IMG/VR virus record: IMGVR_UViG_3300047564_001818
Strand: one strand, 5' to 3'
Source: a virus
Lineage: Duplodnaviria > Caudoviricetes
Length of the DNA stretch: 64,000 nt
In this document: positions 48,676 through 58,542 of the stretch, piece after piece
Numbering within the stretch: position 1 is the stretch's first letter
Layout of the letters: each line of letters starts with the position of its first letter
Program-made: the position numbers and the translations under genes
Notes under the pieces: model-generated
Database searches by the model: none
What the model saw: the letters and a program-made list of their open reading frames with translations, nothing else
Told to the model about the DNA's origin: nothing

Positions 48676-49319
48676 TAAGATTTAATTCCGATAAAGATTT
48701 GGCTTCGTCTTTCTGCTGTCCAAGTATCAGTATTAGTTGAACCGTAACCTGTGTTAATTGCTGCACGAACACCAGCATCCACAGCACTAGCATCATAAAC
48801 TACTAATACTACAATGTCGCTAGACGCTACTGCATTAAGAGCGTTCGCTAGTGCTGTAACATCTCCAGGCACATCATAAGTATCAAAATTTGTAATACCA
48901 ACAGTATCACCGTATGTGTCTAGCACTACTAAGGTATGGCCTCGAAGTTCAGTATTCACAATTTGAATATCATTCACTATGACTCTAGCAGGCTGAAAAC
49001 TAGGAACATCATATGTCGATGACTCTGCGTAAATCTTGTTACCACTTACATACTGTGTAGTAGAAATAGCTGTAGTAGTACCGAATGCTTCATAGAACGT
49101 AAATGCCGGAACAGTTGATATCCAAGGACGGCCTAGTGTTAATCCACTAAGGTTAGGATTATCTATTACGCTGTTGTCATTATACTGTGTTGGTAATTCA
49201 GTAAGATCATAGGTTGCTCTAGGATTGCCATCAGCAGCACGTTTAGCAGCGGCTAGATCTAGTTTGGCTTTCTGTCGTAGCTCTTTGGTTGCTAGTGTTG
49301 ATATGCCGTTTGTTGCCAT
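48675..49319 (-). CDS. putative virion structural protein
   Basis: coupled ORF, 214 aa. Confidence 0.6.
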   Translation of the reverse strand: MATNGISTLATKELRQKAKLDLAAAKRAADGNPRATYDLTELPTQYNDNSVIDNPNLSGLTLGRPWISTVPAFTFYEAFGTTTAISTTQYVSGNKIYAESSTYDVPSFQPARVIVNDIQIVNTELRGHTLVVLDTYGDTVGITNFDTYDVPGDVTALANALNAVASSDIVVLVVYDASAVDAGVRAAINTGYGSTNTDTWTAERRSQIFIGIKS

Positions 49320-49603
49320 TATTCAAATCCTCTTGGATCTTTTACTCTAATGTCTTTAGGATTTTTGGGTGCATTGACACCACCGCCTGCCAGTGTGGTT
49401 ACTGAATCTACATCACTTACAACTTCGTTAGGTGTGTTGGCATATTCTCCAAAACTTTCTGCGTTCAGCATTGCTAATATTTGCCTAAAACGATTGTCAG
49501 GTTCTGCGTTCTGTGCCACAGTGACATCTGCTTTGACTGCGTCGTTGCCTTCAACGGCGTCCAACAAATCTAAAATCTGTCTTACAACATCAGTAGCTCT
49601 CAT
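49319..49603 (-). CDS. hypothetical late protein
   Basis: AGGAG RBS, CTAAATA at ~49621. Confidence 0.65.
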   Translation of the reverse strand: MRATDVVRQILDLLDAVEGNDAVKADVTVAQNAEPDNRFRQILAMLNAESFGEYANTPNEVVSDVDSVTTLAGGGVNAPKNPKDIRVKDPRGFE

Positions 49604-49643
49604 CTTGTTCTCCTATAACATATTTAGCGATAAGTAATACACA

Positions 49644-50843
49644 ATGATAAACTTAGATCCATTTCAATTGCTGATAGATCAGCTGAAAACTGAAGGCAAG
49701 TACCGAGTGTTCAACGACATAGTTCGCGAGCGTGGTGAATTTCCACGGGCCATTTGGTACGGTCCATACGCAATTAAAAATATCGTAAACTGGTGCTCCA
49801 ACGATTATTTGGGAATGGGTCAACACAGAGTGGTAATTGATGCGATGCATACTGCGCTTGATCAAACGGGTGCAGGCAGCGGAGGCACTAGAAACATAGG
49901 CGGCACAAGTCATTATCACGTTGCACTGGAACACGAGCTTGCCAATCTCCATAACAAGAACAGTGCTCTATTGTTTTCCAGTGCTTATGTCGCAAATGAA
50001 TGGAGTCTGATTGCTCTAAGCCAAATCGTTCCCAACATTGTGTTTTTGAGTGATAGTAAAAATCACGCAAGCCTAATACAGGGTATCCGCCACAGTGGTG
50101 CAGCCAAAGTGATTTGGCAACACAACGATATGAGCGATCTAGCTGCTAAACTGGCCCAGGTCGTCGCACAAAACCAAACTCCCTGCATAGTGTTTGAGTC
50201 TGTGTATAGCATGGACGGCGATGTAAGCCTAATAGCAGACATTTGCGATCTTGCCCAGCGTTACGGTGCTATAACCTATATTGATGAAGTCCATGCCGTG
50301 GGATTGTATGGCCAGCGTGGAGCAGGGTATCTAGAGCATCTAGGTATTCAAGATAGAGTAGATATAGTCAACGGCACGCTGGGCAAGGCCTATGGCGTTA
50401 CAGGCGGTTATATAGCAGCGGAACGGGTAGTCATAGACGCAATCCGCTTGGTGGCCAGTGGGTTTATTTTCACAACTTCGGTGTCGCCAGTGCTTTGTGC
50501 AGGTGCGTTGTCCTCAATAAAGTATTTAAAAGTTCACAACGACCTTCGTGTTCAGCATCAGGCTCAGGCACTCAAGTTTAAAACTCGATTGCAAGAAGCT
50601 GGCATAGAAGTTTTCGATAAAGCCTGTACTCATATCGTGCCCGTGATGATACGTGACGCTGTACGATGCAAAGCCATTTCTGATAGATTGTTAGATGAAC
50701 ACGGCATCTATGTGCAGAGCATCAACTATCCAACTGTGGCTGTAGGTGAGGAGCGATTGCGTTTTGCGCCAACGCCCTTACACACAGACGCTATGATAGA
50801 CGACTGTGTGCGAGCTCTTAGAAAGGTAATGAATGAAATTTAA
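49644..50843 (+). CDS. hemA: 5-aminolevulinate synthase (PLP, Shemin/C4 pathway)
   Basis: [62 protein letters not shown]. Confidence 0.92.
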   Translation: MINLDPFQLLIDQLKTEGKYRVFNDIVRERGEFPRAIWYGPYAIKNIVNWCSNDYLGMGQHRVVIDAMHTALDQTGAGSGGTRNIGGTSHYHVALEHELANLHNKNSALLFSSAYVANEWSLIALSQIVPNIVFLSDSKNHASLIQGIRHSGAAKVIWQHNDMSDLAAKLAQVVAQNQTPCIVFESVYSMDGDVSLIADICDLAQRYGAITYIDEVHAVGLYGQRGAGYLEHLGIQDRVDIVNGTLGKAYGVTGGYIAAERVVIDAIRLVASGFIFTTSVSPVLCAGALSSIKYLKVHNDLRVQHQAQALKFKTRLQEAGIEVFDKACTHIVPVMIRDAVRCKAISDRLLDEHGIYVQSINYPTVAVGEERLRFAPTPLHTDAMIDDCVRALRKVMNEI

Positions 50844-51249
50844 ACAGTACGCCTACATGGCCTTGGGATTGTTCTGCGTGGGCATGGCCTACATAGGCAT
50901 CATAGTTCCAGGCATACCCTTTTCAATATTTCTAGTCATAGCAGCATGGGCTTTTGCTAAGAGTTCACCTAGACTACACCGTTGGTTGTACAATCATCCT
51001 TGGTTTGGTAGTTTCTTGACCAACTGGACAGAGAGGCGAGTGTTCCCGACTAAGGGCAAGTATGCTATGATACTGGTCATGGCATCTAGCCTAGCATTTC
51101 TTTGGTTCACCACTGAGAATGTCAAAGCTGTGCTGTGGAGCGGTGGGTTCATGCTGCTGGTTGCACTGTGGGCATGGCGTTACCCCGGCAGCTTAGAAGA
51201 ATACCAGCGCCGTGTAGACGCTGGTAAAAGGATCGCTTGGATCAAGTAA
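50833..51249 (+). CDS. ybaN: YbaN/DUF454 inner membrane protein
   Basis: GIIVPGIP...[21 protein letters not shown]. Confidence 0.8.
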   Translation: MKFKQYAYMALGLFCVGMAYIGIIVPGIPFSIFLVIAAWAFAKSSPRLHRWLYNHPWFGSFLTNWTERRVFPTKGKYAMILVMASSLAFLWFTTENVKAVLWSGGFMLLVALWAWRYPGSLEEYQRRVDAGKRIAWIK

Positions 51250-51777
51250 TTAGGCTGCGTCAATATCCAACCACTGATACCAGCTGGGGTGACGCACTTC
51301 AAAAGGCAATTGCTTGCGCTTTCTAACCAGTTCCCAATAGCCTGGCGTGTAGGGTTTGTATCTAGGACGCATGATGCCCATGCTGTTGCCTTTGGAAGCG
51401 TTGCAGGGCGCACAGGCAGTGAGGATGTTTTCCCAGTTGGTCTTACCACCACGTGAAATCGGAATATAGTGATCCAATGTGGCAGTGCTTTTGGTAACTG
51501 AGCAACCACAGTAGGCACAGTGATACTGATCACGCAGATACACATTGCTCTTTGAGAAGCGAACGCCTGTCTTGCCACGCATGTAGTCTTTGAGCATGAT
51601 CACAGCAGGCACACGAGTTTCCCAAGAGGGGCTACGCACAGTCCAATCGTCGTACCATTCAATTACATTGCACTTGTCGTGGTACATATAGAGAACAGCT
51701 TCTTTCCACTGAATAGCTGAAAGCGGTAAAAAACTAACTGGTTGTGCGTCTGCGTTAAGTAACAGCGTGTCGCTCAC
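51250..51777 (-). CDS. HNH endonuclease
   Basis: LLLNAD, RDQYHCAYCG, TLDHYIPISRGG, ACAPCNASKG. Confidence 0.88.
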   Translation of the reverse strand: MSDTLLLNADAQPVSFLPLSAIQWKEAVLYMYHDKCNVIEWYDDWTVRSPSWETRVPAVIMLKDYMRGKTGVRFSKSNVYLRDQYHCAYCGCSVTKSTATLDHYIPISRGGKTNWENILTACAPCNASKGNSMGIMRPRYKPYTPGYWELVRKRKQLPFEVRHPSWYQWLDIDAA

Positions 51778-51862
51778 GATGTGTCCTTTCTGTGTTCATA
51801 TTTAGTTCACGGGTTGATCCCATGTTTATAATAGCTTGAGATTGAACTGTGTCAACCTTTTT

Positions 51863-52198
51863 CTAGAGAGCGGCCTTCTCTTCAAAGGGTGCTAGGCCTG
51901 CGCCTATGCCCACTACACAGGCCACGTGGTCCCAGGGAAACTCAATCACTATGGTGTAGGTTTCTGTTTGAGGATTCATATAGATTTTCCAAACACCATC
52001 TGCAAACTGTTGGTCGGCTTGCTGCATCATTCCTGGACCACCCACAAAGGGTATTTCATCAGTAGCTTGTACATAGTCTCTTACTGCGGCAGTGCTGGCA
52101 CAATCACTCAACAACAACATGGGCACACTCTGTGCCCATGCTGGTGAGGAGATTGTTAATAAAGACAACACCAGTGTACAAATTCTAAGCATCAGCAA
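51863..52198 (-). CDS. secreted/periplasmic hypothetical protein
   Basis: signal peptide ending AWA. Confidence 0.6.
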   Translation of the reverse strand: MLMLRICTLVLSLLTISSPAWAQSVPMLLLSDCASTAAVRDYVQATDEIPFVGGPGMMQQADQQFADGVWKIYMNPQTETYTIVIEFPWDHVACVVGIGAGLAPFEEKAAL

Positions 52199-52225
52199 TC
52201 TCCTAGATATACTAGTAGTTATCTC

Positions 52226-52813
52226 TTAGAAATAGCTGCGCCAAAAGCCTGAACTAACAGCTTCCAGTGCTAGGTCATACTGACGTTCTGGTTCTGCTGT
52301 GATCAACTCAGTGTCAGGCTGAGTCAGCAACAACCAAGTGGGACGTTCAGCAGTGAGTTCACGTTCTAGTGAGCGTGGTGGCCATGCTGTGATACCCAGT
52401 ATGTATCTGTAGTTGTGAGGAGTGTTGCCTGCCACAGCCTTTTCCAACATGTGATAGTCCGATGATATTGACCATTCGCTGTTGATCTGCATGGTATTGG
52501 CACTGAACCAAGCATTGTCATGCAGCATGATCAGCGCACTTCTGTTGTAGTCGCCACCTCTGTATACAGGTTGATCTTCTGCACAGTCATGGCCTTTGGA
52601 AGCTGCTAGTTCTCTAAAAGTTACAGTGAGCGGTGAGTTGAGCTGTAGAGCCACTGTTGAATAAGCTGTGTGTTCTGTAACAAAACAAACACGACGGTGT
52701 TCGCCCCAACGTGGATGACTGATTAAGATATCTCCAGGCTCTACCAATACGTCTCCTTCAACTCCAATCCGGAAGGTCGCCGCCATACTTGGCGCCTTTG
52801 AGCTTCTTGCCAC
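52226..52813 (-). CDS. YqgE/AlgH (DUF179) family protein
   Basis: GDILISHP, VYRGG, MLH, LGITAW..SLERE pattern. Confidence 0.65.
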   Translation of the reverse strand: MARSSKAPSMAATFRIGVEGDVLVEPGDILISHPRWGEHRRVCFVTEHTAYSTVALQLNSPLTVTFRELAASKGHDCAEDQPVYRGGDYNRSALIMLHDNAWFSANTMQINSEWSISSDYHMLEKAVAGNTPHNYRYILGITAWPPRSLERELTAERPTWLLLTQPDTELITAEPERQYDLALEAVSSGFWRSYF

Positions 52814-53006
52814 CCACTTTGATTCTCTTCTTGCCTATCTTGTGACTCTTGTTGCCTTCACGACGACGATAGCCCTGACTCTTGCACGACGCCAGCGCAC
52901 TGGCACCAATTGCTGAATCAGGCTTTGAACTTTTGCAGAGACTGGCAGTGGCCTGCCAATCCACTATGTCCTGTTCACGACCTTCTATAAGTTCCTCAAC
53001 TCTCAT
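52758..53006 (-). CDS. small basic late protein
   Basis: MRVEELIEG start; late box 53012-53018. Confidence 0.65.
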   Translation of the reverse strand: MRVEELIEGREQDIVDWQATASLCKSSKPDSAIGASALASCKSQGYRRREGNKSHKIGKKRIKVGGKKLKGAKYGGDLPDWS

Positions 53007-53020
53007 ACAGTTATTTAGCA

Positions 53021-53233
53021 CTAGCGATATCGGTCAGCACCTGTTTCTTCAGCAAAATCCTCTACCAGCGCAAAGGTCAGAGCCTTGCGTGCTCCTCGTG
53101 TGGTGTTGAGTACGATCTCTCCTGTGCGCTCATGATACTCAATCTTTGTGATCTCCGCAGGCTGTCTGTTTGGGCCTACAAGAATAGTTTGCCCCAACTC
53201 TAGATTGAGGCTGATGTTACGCAGTGTACTCAT
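53021..53233 (-). CDS. hypothetical late protein
   Basis: GGGAG RBS, late box 53255-53261. Confidence 0.65.
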   Translation of the reverse strand: MSTLRNISLNLELGQTILVGPNRQPAEITKIEYHERTGEIVLNTTRGARKALTFALVEDFAEETGADRYR

Positions 53234-53303
53234 GGTGGTTCTCCCTTGTGAAAATATTTATCGATAGGCGAAACCACACTAAGTAAAAACAAAAGGAAGC
53301 ACT

Positions 53304-53582
53304 ATGAACCTAGAACAACTTGAACCGGGCAAGAGCTATGCCTGCAGATTTCGTACAGTCACATTCCTAGACAGCGAAGGCCAGCCTGTGCAGGCAAATC
53401 TCAGCATAGGCGCTGCACATCCAGGCACACCCGGCACCTACAGCAGTGTGGGCATCATACGAACCAGAGACCTAGCACAGTGTCGAGTAGAACTGATAGA
53501 CACACAGTCACACAGGACCTTTGTGGTCAGTACTGACAGTATATGGGACATAGACAGTGTAGAATGGGTTGACAACAGCTAA
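53304..53582 (+). CDS. hypothetical protein
   Basis: AAGGAAG RBS. Confidence 0.65.
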   Translation: MNLEQLEPGKSYACRFRTVTFLDSEGQPVQANLSIGAAHPGTPGTYSSVGIIRTRDLAQCRVELIDTQSHRTFVVSTDSIWDIDSVEWVDNS

Positions 53583-53603
53583 AACAGATGCTATAAATAA
53601 TGC

Positions 53604-53780
53604 ATGAAACTTAAACAAGAAATGAGCACTGTGCAGTATCTTGAAGCACGACTGTGGGATGCTATTCGAGAAATCGATGATCACAGAGACAGTTACACAG
53701 ACCGAGAACTGCGACGAGCATTTGAACAGATGACAGCGCTGAGCAACTACATCAAACGTAAAATTGTAAAAGGCAAGTAA
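53604..53780 (+). CDS. 58-aa hypothetical protein
   Basis: follows perfect TATAAATA 53592-53599; TAATG-coupled to next. Confidence 0.55.
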   Translation: MKLKQEMSTVQYLEARLWDAIREIDDHRDSYTDRELRRAFEQMTALSNYIKRKIVKGK

Positions 53781-54079
53781 TGGCACGCTACACCTACATA
53801 CACAGTGACCTGTGGAGTGAACGCAGCACAGTGCTGGAAGACGAATTGGCACAACTCACTGGGTACCTACACAGATCAGGATTGGACAGTGAGTTCGACC
53901 CAGACCTGCACAGTTATCGCACAGACACGGGTGACGTATGGCTGTTCCTTCCTGAGCTAACAGAACTGCAACTGTTTGCGATCACACTGATACTGAGCAG
54001 TAGCTCACTGGAGTTTGAGAACCGTCCTGTTCGTTTTGCACAGCCTCCAGAGATTGCACACGATGCGGAAGATCTATGA
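53780..54079 (+). CDS. hypothetical protein
   Basis: coupled ORF. Confidence 0.6.
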   Translation: MARYTYIHSDLWSERSTVLEDELAQLTGYLHRSGLDSEFDPDLHSYRTDTGDVWLFLPELTELQLFAITLILSSSSLEFENRPVRFAQPPEIAHDAEDL

Positions 54080-54347
54080 AATCGACAGTGTACAAGTATA
54101 CAGCCGCACTGGTGTATTCTCAAAACTGAGCCACAGAGCATATACACATAGACCACAACAACGGCCTTGGGATACCACACACCAAGAATGGATCAGTGCT
54201 GCTCTTACACCTGCACAACTGAGATTCATTGAACGGCAGGTTGTGACCTTTAGACCACATCCACGACACAGCCCCACAGTTGAACTGTTTATCTATGATG
54301 CTGATCTAACTGACAGAGACTGGTGTGTGATCAGACTGCTGTTCTAA
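54063..54347 (+). CDS. hypothetical protein
   Basis: MRKIYEIDSV start overlapping upstream gene. Confidence 0.55.
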   Translation: MRKIYEIDSVQVYSRTGVFSKLSHRAYTHRPQQRPWDTTHQEWISAALTPAQLRFIERQVVTFRPHPRHSPTVELFIYDADLTDRDWCVIRLLF

Positions 54348-54356
54348 AGACTGTGC

Positions 54357-54570
54357 ATAGGCCCCGCAAGCCGGATACCTATAGGCCCCGCTGTTAAGTG
54401 CTATACACAGCTATAATGATTACCAGCACACACTGAGTCAGTACTGCACAAGCTGTGATTAGATTATTTCTACGATCACTGTTCATACACATACTTATAG
54501 CATAGGCCCCGCTGTTAAGGTTTAAGCGCACAGCGCAATATGCGTAACTGTATAGGCCCCGCTGTTAAGG
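54357..54570 (+). repeat. direct repeats ATAGGCCCCGCTGTTAAG (3 full + 1 partial)
   Basis: copies at 54357 (partial), 54381, 54502, 54552. Confidence 0.9.
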
Positions 54571-54802
54571 TTACGGCTACGGGTCATGTTTGAGGTCAGT
54601 GAGCGCTAGCTGTGCAACACTGTGAACTAGATTGCGACATGCACCGCACTGTGGCACTGTGTTCAGCACACGAAAGATCAACTCAGACTGTGCAGACTGT
54701 AACTGAACAGCACAGTGTTGCACAGCACTCGCAGTGAGATTGTGACACACGCATACACGCATATGTGTATTTACTGTAGGGCGTAGTAAAAAAGATCTGC
54801 AA

Positions 54803-54852
54803 AAAGATGAAAAAGTATTTGAACTATAAAGATGAAAAAGTATTTGAACTAT
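54803..54852 (+). repeat. 25-bp tandem duplication
   Basis: AAAGATGAAAAAGTATTTGAACTAT x2. Confidence 0.9.
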
Positions 54853-55001
54853 GCCTGCCTCAACCTCGATCAATCTCTGCAAATTTGCACATAAACCGTT
54901 GAGAAGCTTGGCAAATCTGCACACTGAGCTCACGATGGGCCCGTCAAAACACCGGTTTTAGGGCTATAAAACACCCCTAGCGCCGCGTTAAAACCATTCG
55001 A

Positions 55002-55370
55002 TTTCAATGGTTTATACGATCTAGCTCATCCTAGATCTACACTGTGAGCACAGGCTCGATTCTGCCAGCAAGATCAATGACTTAGCATAAGAAGTTCAAC
55101 TGACCAATACACTATATACTTCAATGACTTAGTGGGCACAGTTCATTCAGAGGTCTCAGATTCGATTCTGCCAGCAAGATCAATCACTTAGCACACACAG
55201 TAGATACACAGCAAGATCAATGACTTAGCAGCTACACTAGGTTCTGGTGCTAAGTGATTGATACTATTGGCTTTCTCGCATCAATAGCTTACACAGTGAG
55301 GTTGAACCAATGGTGGTACTTGTAGTCGTTTGATATCGTTGAGCTCTTTGCTACTGATAAGTCATTGATA
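55002..55370. promoter_or_regulatory. cluster of IHF-consensus-like boxes (WATCAA-N4-TTR)
   Basis: plus: 55072, 55120, 55178, 55215; minus: 55251, 55358; further copies 55757 and 63023. Confidence 0.6.
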
Positions 55371-55469
55371 TTGCTGTGTTCTTTTGGTGTTGGTGGCGGG
55401 GCGACGGTGTCGTTGCGTGTCGTGCGAGGGGTGTAAGGCAAAGTTTACAGGTGCAGTGGGAGGGAGATA

Positions 55470-55612
55470 GTTTAACATTAAACCATTCCTGCGGGGTAGT
55501 TTAACGTTAAACCATTTTGGGCGAGATTGTTTAGTGTTAAACCATTTTGAGGGAGACTGTTTAGTGTTAAACTATACAACCTGCGGCCAAGACTGTTTAG
55601 TCATTAAACCAT
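55470..55612. repeat. five palindromic iteron-like repeats GTTTA-N4/5-TAAAC, ~30 bp period
   Basis: starts 55470, 55499, 55529, 55559, 55595; copy 2 is the perfect palindrome GTTTAACGTTAAAC. Confidence 0.85.
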
Positions 55613-55847
55613 AGGTTCAGGGCTCCGTGCCCTCCCGTCTACCGCTCCTGGCTATCGCCTTCTCGCTAACCTCACTTACAGTATAGCACCTGTGCAGGAG
55701 TTTGCAAGAGAATGTATTTCAATGTTTTCAAGGGGTTAGGAAATAAATTTATTTTGTAAGTCATTGATCTACAAGGAAAGTTTTTGGTTGTGCTCGTGTG
55801 TAGATGTGCTATTGTATACGAGTAGGGCAACACAAGAGGGAACGAAG

Positions 55848-56147
55848 ATGGGATACTTTCTTTACGATCGGCACAACACTCGCATAGTCAGCAAGGAGTA
55901 CAAGACTCATGCTGCGGCACAGGCAGAACTTACTCGTCGTCGTAAGGCTGCTGCGGGTGAATGGGGTGTGCTTCACGCAGAAGACGATCCGCTGTTCTTG
56001 TTGGGCATTGCAGAGAAAGAGTACTACTTCCGTCACATTGAGCGCTCTGTGACTCGTGTTAACTTGATGACGGGCGCGGAGTACCGTGAGAGCGTGAACA
56101 CGCCTTTGGCTTGCTCGCCTGCTTCAGAAACCTACTGGAGCCAGTGA
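55848..56147 (+). CDS. early hypothetical protein
   Basis: cassette gene; VNLMTG...CSPASETYWS. Confidence 0.8.
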   Translation: MGYFLYDRHNTRIVSKEYKTHAAAQAELTRRRKAAAGEWGVLHAEDDPLFLLGIAEKEYYFRHIERSVTRVNLMTGAEYRESVNTPLACSPASETYWSQ

Positions 56148-56219
56148 TTAGAGGTTGACAAGCCCTACTCCCTGTGCTATATATATGTGGAGTAGGGCAA
56201 CACAACAGAGGGCGACACA

Positions 56220-56375
56220 ATGAATCCAGAAATTGAGTCCATGCTGCAATTGACTGTTGAGCAATTGCTAAACGAGGATGGTGTAGGATGCGATCCTGCG
56301 GCTTTGGCTGCGGCACTGCGCGAGTTTGCGGAAATGATTGAAGCAGACATTGAGGCTGGCGCTTACGCAGAATAA
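56220..56375 (+). CDS. 51-aa acidic early protein
   Basis: own promoter/leader cassette. Confidence 0.7.
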   Translation: MNPEIESMLQLTVEQLLNEDGVGCDPAALAAALREFAEMIEADIEAGAYAE

Positions 56376-56437
56376 CTGTTGACACAGCCTTGCAGATGTG
56401 CTATAACTTACACATAGGGCAACAAGAGGGAACTGAG

Positions 56438-56629
56438 ATGGAAAATTTGGCATTCTACTCTAAGTATGACTTTGTCAAACTGCTTCGTCAGAAGCGCGGC
56501 AAAGACTATACCCTTGGCTGGTTGGAGATGGCATATGCTATGCCGCCCACCACTGAGGAGTATGAGCAGGAGATGATCCGCAAGGAGATTCCCGTTCTGC
56601 AGGCGCTGCCGGACTACGACGGCGTCTAA
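56438..56629 (+). CDS. early hypothetical protein
   Basis: cassette gene. Confidence 0.75.
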   Translation: MENLAFYSKYDFVKLLRQKRGKDYTLGWLEMAYAMPPTTEEYEQEMIRKEIPVLQALPDYDGV

Positions 56630-56700
56630 GGGGTTGACAAGCTTCAAGGCTTGTGCTATAACTAACATATAGAGCAACACAGTGTAGAGGGATACACACA

Positions 56701-57114
56701 ATGGGAACTCGTTCAACTATCGCAATTGAAAACGCAGACGGCACTGTCACTGGCATCTACTGCCACTGGGACGGCTACCTGAGCCACAATGGGCAAATCC
56801 TGCAAGACCACTATACTGACGAAGCCCGGGTGCGTGAGTTGATTGCTCTGGGCCACATCAGTTCGCTTGGTGCTGAGATTGGCACTGCCCATGACTTTGA
56901 TGCGGCTCCGCGTGGCGAGTGCAATGCCTACGGGCGTGATCGCGGCGAGCGTGATGTTGATGCTTATACTGAGCACAACTGGCGTCAGTACTGTGCTGAG
57001 CACGGACAGGAATACGACTACCTGTTCACTCCTGGGAAGGGCTGGCTGGTCCGCACCTACAACGGCATCTACGACCTTGCTCGTGCATTGGCAATCGAAA
57101 CCGAAGAAGCCTAA
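56701..57114 (+). CDS. early hypothetical protein (MGTRS...IYCHWDGY type)
   Basis: cassette gene. Confidence 0.85.
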   Translation: MGTRSTIAIENADGTVTGIYCHWDGYLSHNGQILQDHYTDEARVRELIALGHISSLGAEIGTAHDFDAAPRGECNAYGRDRGERDVDAYTEHNWRQYCAEHGQEYDYLFTPGKGWLVRTYNGIYDLARALAIETEEA

Positions 57115-57186
57115 GGCAGAAAGTGGTTGACACAGCCCTGCAGATGTGCTATTGTATATGAGTAGGGCAACACAAGAGGGACTGAG

Positions 57187-57426
57187 ATGTACAAGATCTA
57201 TGGCGACTATGGTTACACCAGCGAATGCCTGCTGCACACAGCCGACACTCGTTCAGAAGCCCTGCGCTGGGCAGACGACTATATCGCAGACGACTTTGGC
57301 GGCTATGCTGTGATTGAGGTTGCGGTTCACCTGAGCAATGGCGAATACAGCACCATCCATACCTACCGTGCAGAAGACTACGAGTACGAAGGCGATGACG
57401 ATTTTGCACTCTTGGAGGACTTTTAA
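57187..57426 (+). CDS. acidic early protein
   Basis: cassette gene. Confidence 0.75.
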   Translation: MYKIYGDYGYTSECLLHTADTRSEALRWADDYIADDFGGYAVIEVAVHLSNGEYSTIHTYRAEDYEYEGDDDFALLEDF

Positions 57427-57427
57427 G

Positions 57428-57583
57428 ATGCTCTACTATGTGATGTGGGGCGTTGAGATCATCGCTGTATGCACTCGACCAGAAGATGCTCATGCAATGG
57501 CTGGCTTTGATTACAAGACCAAAAAAACCTACACTGTGGTAGCGAAAATGGTTGACAACACTGTAGAAGGTGCTATTGTATAA
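57428..57583 (+). CDS. 51-aa early protein running through next promoter
   Basis: GGAGG RBS; ends MVDNTVEGAIV. Confidence 0.55.
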   Translation: MLYYVMWGVEIIAVCTRPEDAHAMAGFDYKTKKTYTVVAKMVDNTVEGAIV

Positions 57584-57620
57584 GAGTAGGGCAACGCAAT
57601 AGCAGAGAGGGACACACGCT

Positions 57621-58025
57621 ATGGCATACGTTTCGCAAGAAGACAAAGCTAAACTGACTCCGGCGATCAAGGCTGTGCTGGCTAAGTATGGCATGAAGGG
57701 CACGATTGCTGTGCGTCATCACAGCACTTTGGTAGTCACTGTCAAGAGCGGTGCTATCGACTTCGGCGGCGACAACATTGATGTGAACGAGTATTGGATC
57801 GACCAGCACTACGAGGGCAAGGCTCGTAAGTTCCTCAACGAACTGCACAAGGCTATGATGGGACCGGACTGGTTCTGCGAAGACGACGCGATGACTGACT
57901 ACTTCCACCGCAGCCACTACTGCTCCATCCGCATCGGCAACTGGGGTCGTCCGTATGTGTTCATGGGACGCAGCAAGGACGGTATGGTAAACGGTGTGGC
58001 AGAAGAAGCCTACACCTTTGCCTAA
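57621..58025 (+). CDS. early hypothetical protein (MAYVSQE type)
   Basis: cassette gene. Confidence 0.85.
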   Translation: MAYVSQEDKAKLTPAIKAVLAKYGMKGTIAVRHHSTLVVTVKSGAIDFGGDNIDVNEYWIDQHYEGKARKFLNELHKAMMGPDWFCEDDAMTDYFHRSHYCSIRIGNWGRPYVFMGRSKDGMVNGVAEEAYTFA

Positions 58026-58098
58026 ATAATGGTTGACAGCACACCACTGTCGTGCTATAACTAACACATAGGGCAACACTGCTAGAGGAGCACAGCAG

Positions 58099-58500
58099 AT
58101 GGCATACGGTGATTTTGTTACGTCAGTTGGCGAAACGGTTGGCATCGTGCGTCAGCACCGCCACGGCACAATCTTGATGAGCCGCTTTGGCACTGTTACC
58201 AAGATCAACGGACACGGCCACATCTACGTCCAAAGCGAAGACAAGGAGTATCGCTTCACTCGCCGCGGCTATGCCTACAAGGACGACTATGGTCCTGGCT
58301 TGATGCACGCCGCTAAACTGCGGATGATCCAAGAGAGTGAGACTCGTCGCAAGGAGCAGGTGCGGATTGCTCGTGCTATGGAGCAGGAACTCAAGGAAGG
58401 CTACTCCTACTCGGGCCGCTTCTTCCCCACCGCAGAGCGTATTGCTGCTCTAAAAAATCTGCTTGCAGACTTGGAGAAAGTGGTTGACAGCACGATATGA
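58099..58500 (+). CDS. early hypothetical protein
   Basis: cassette gene. Confidence 0.8.
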   Translation: MAYGDFVTSVGETVGIVRQHRHGTILMSRFGTVTKINGHGHIYVQSEDKEYRFTRRGYAYKDDYGPGLMHAAKLRMIQESETRRKEQVRIARAMEQELKEGYSYSGRFFPTAERIAALKNLLADLEKVVDSTI

Positions 58501-58542
58501 TCGTGCTATAACTATAGAGTAGACAGCAACAAGAGGGCAAAC

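Noticed and set aside
51250-51777. Mobile homing endonuclease/intron
   Set aside because: Free-standing compact HNH with no intron or interrupted host gene
54803-54852. 25-bp tandem repeat as functional element
   Set aside because: Only two copies; may be a simple slippage duplication
54577-54933. 118-aa minus-strand ORF in the switch region
   Set aside because: Overlaps tandem repeat, atypical composition, no RBS
55470-55612. CRISPR mini-array
   Set aside because: Repeats are ~14-18 nt with ~12-16 nt semi-conserved spacers and no cas genes; fits iterons better
55470-55612. CtrA boxes
   Set aside because: TAAACCAT resembles a half-site, but no TTAA-N7-TTAA spacing is present
55619-55650. 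Fifth GCCCTC hairpin (GTGCCCTC at 55627)
   Set aside because: Flanking stem is weak and irregular; cannot support it
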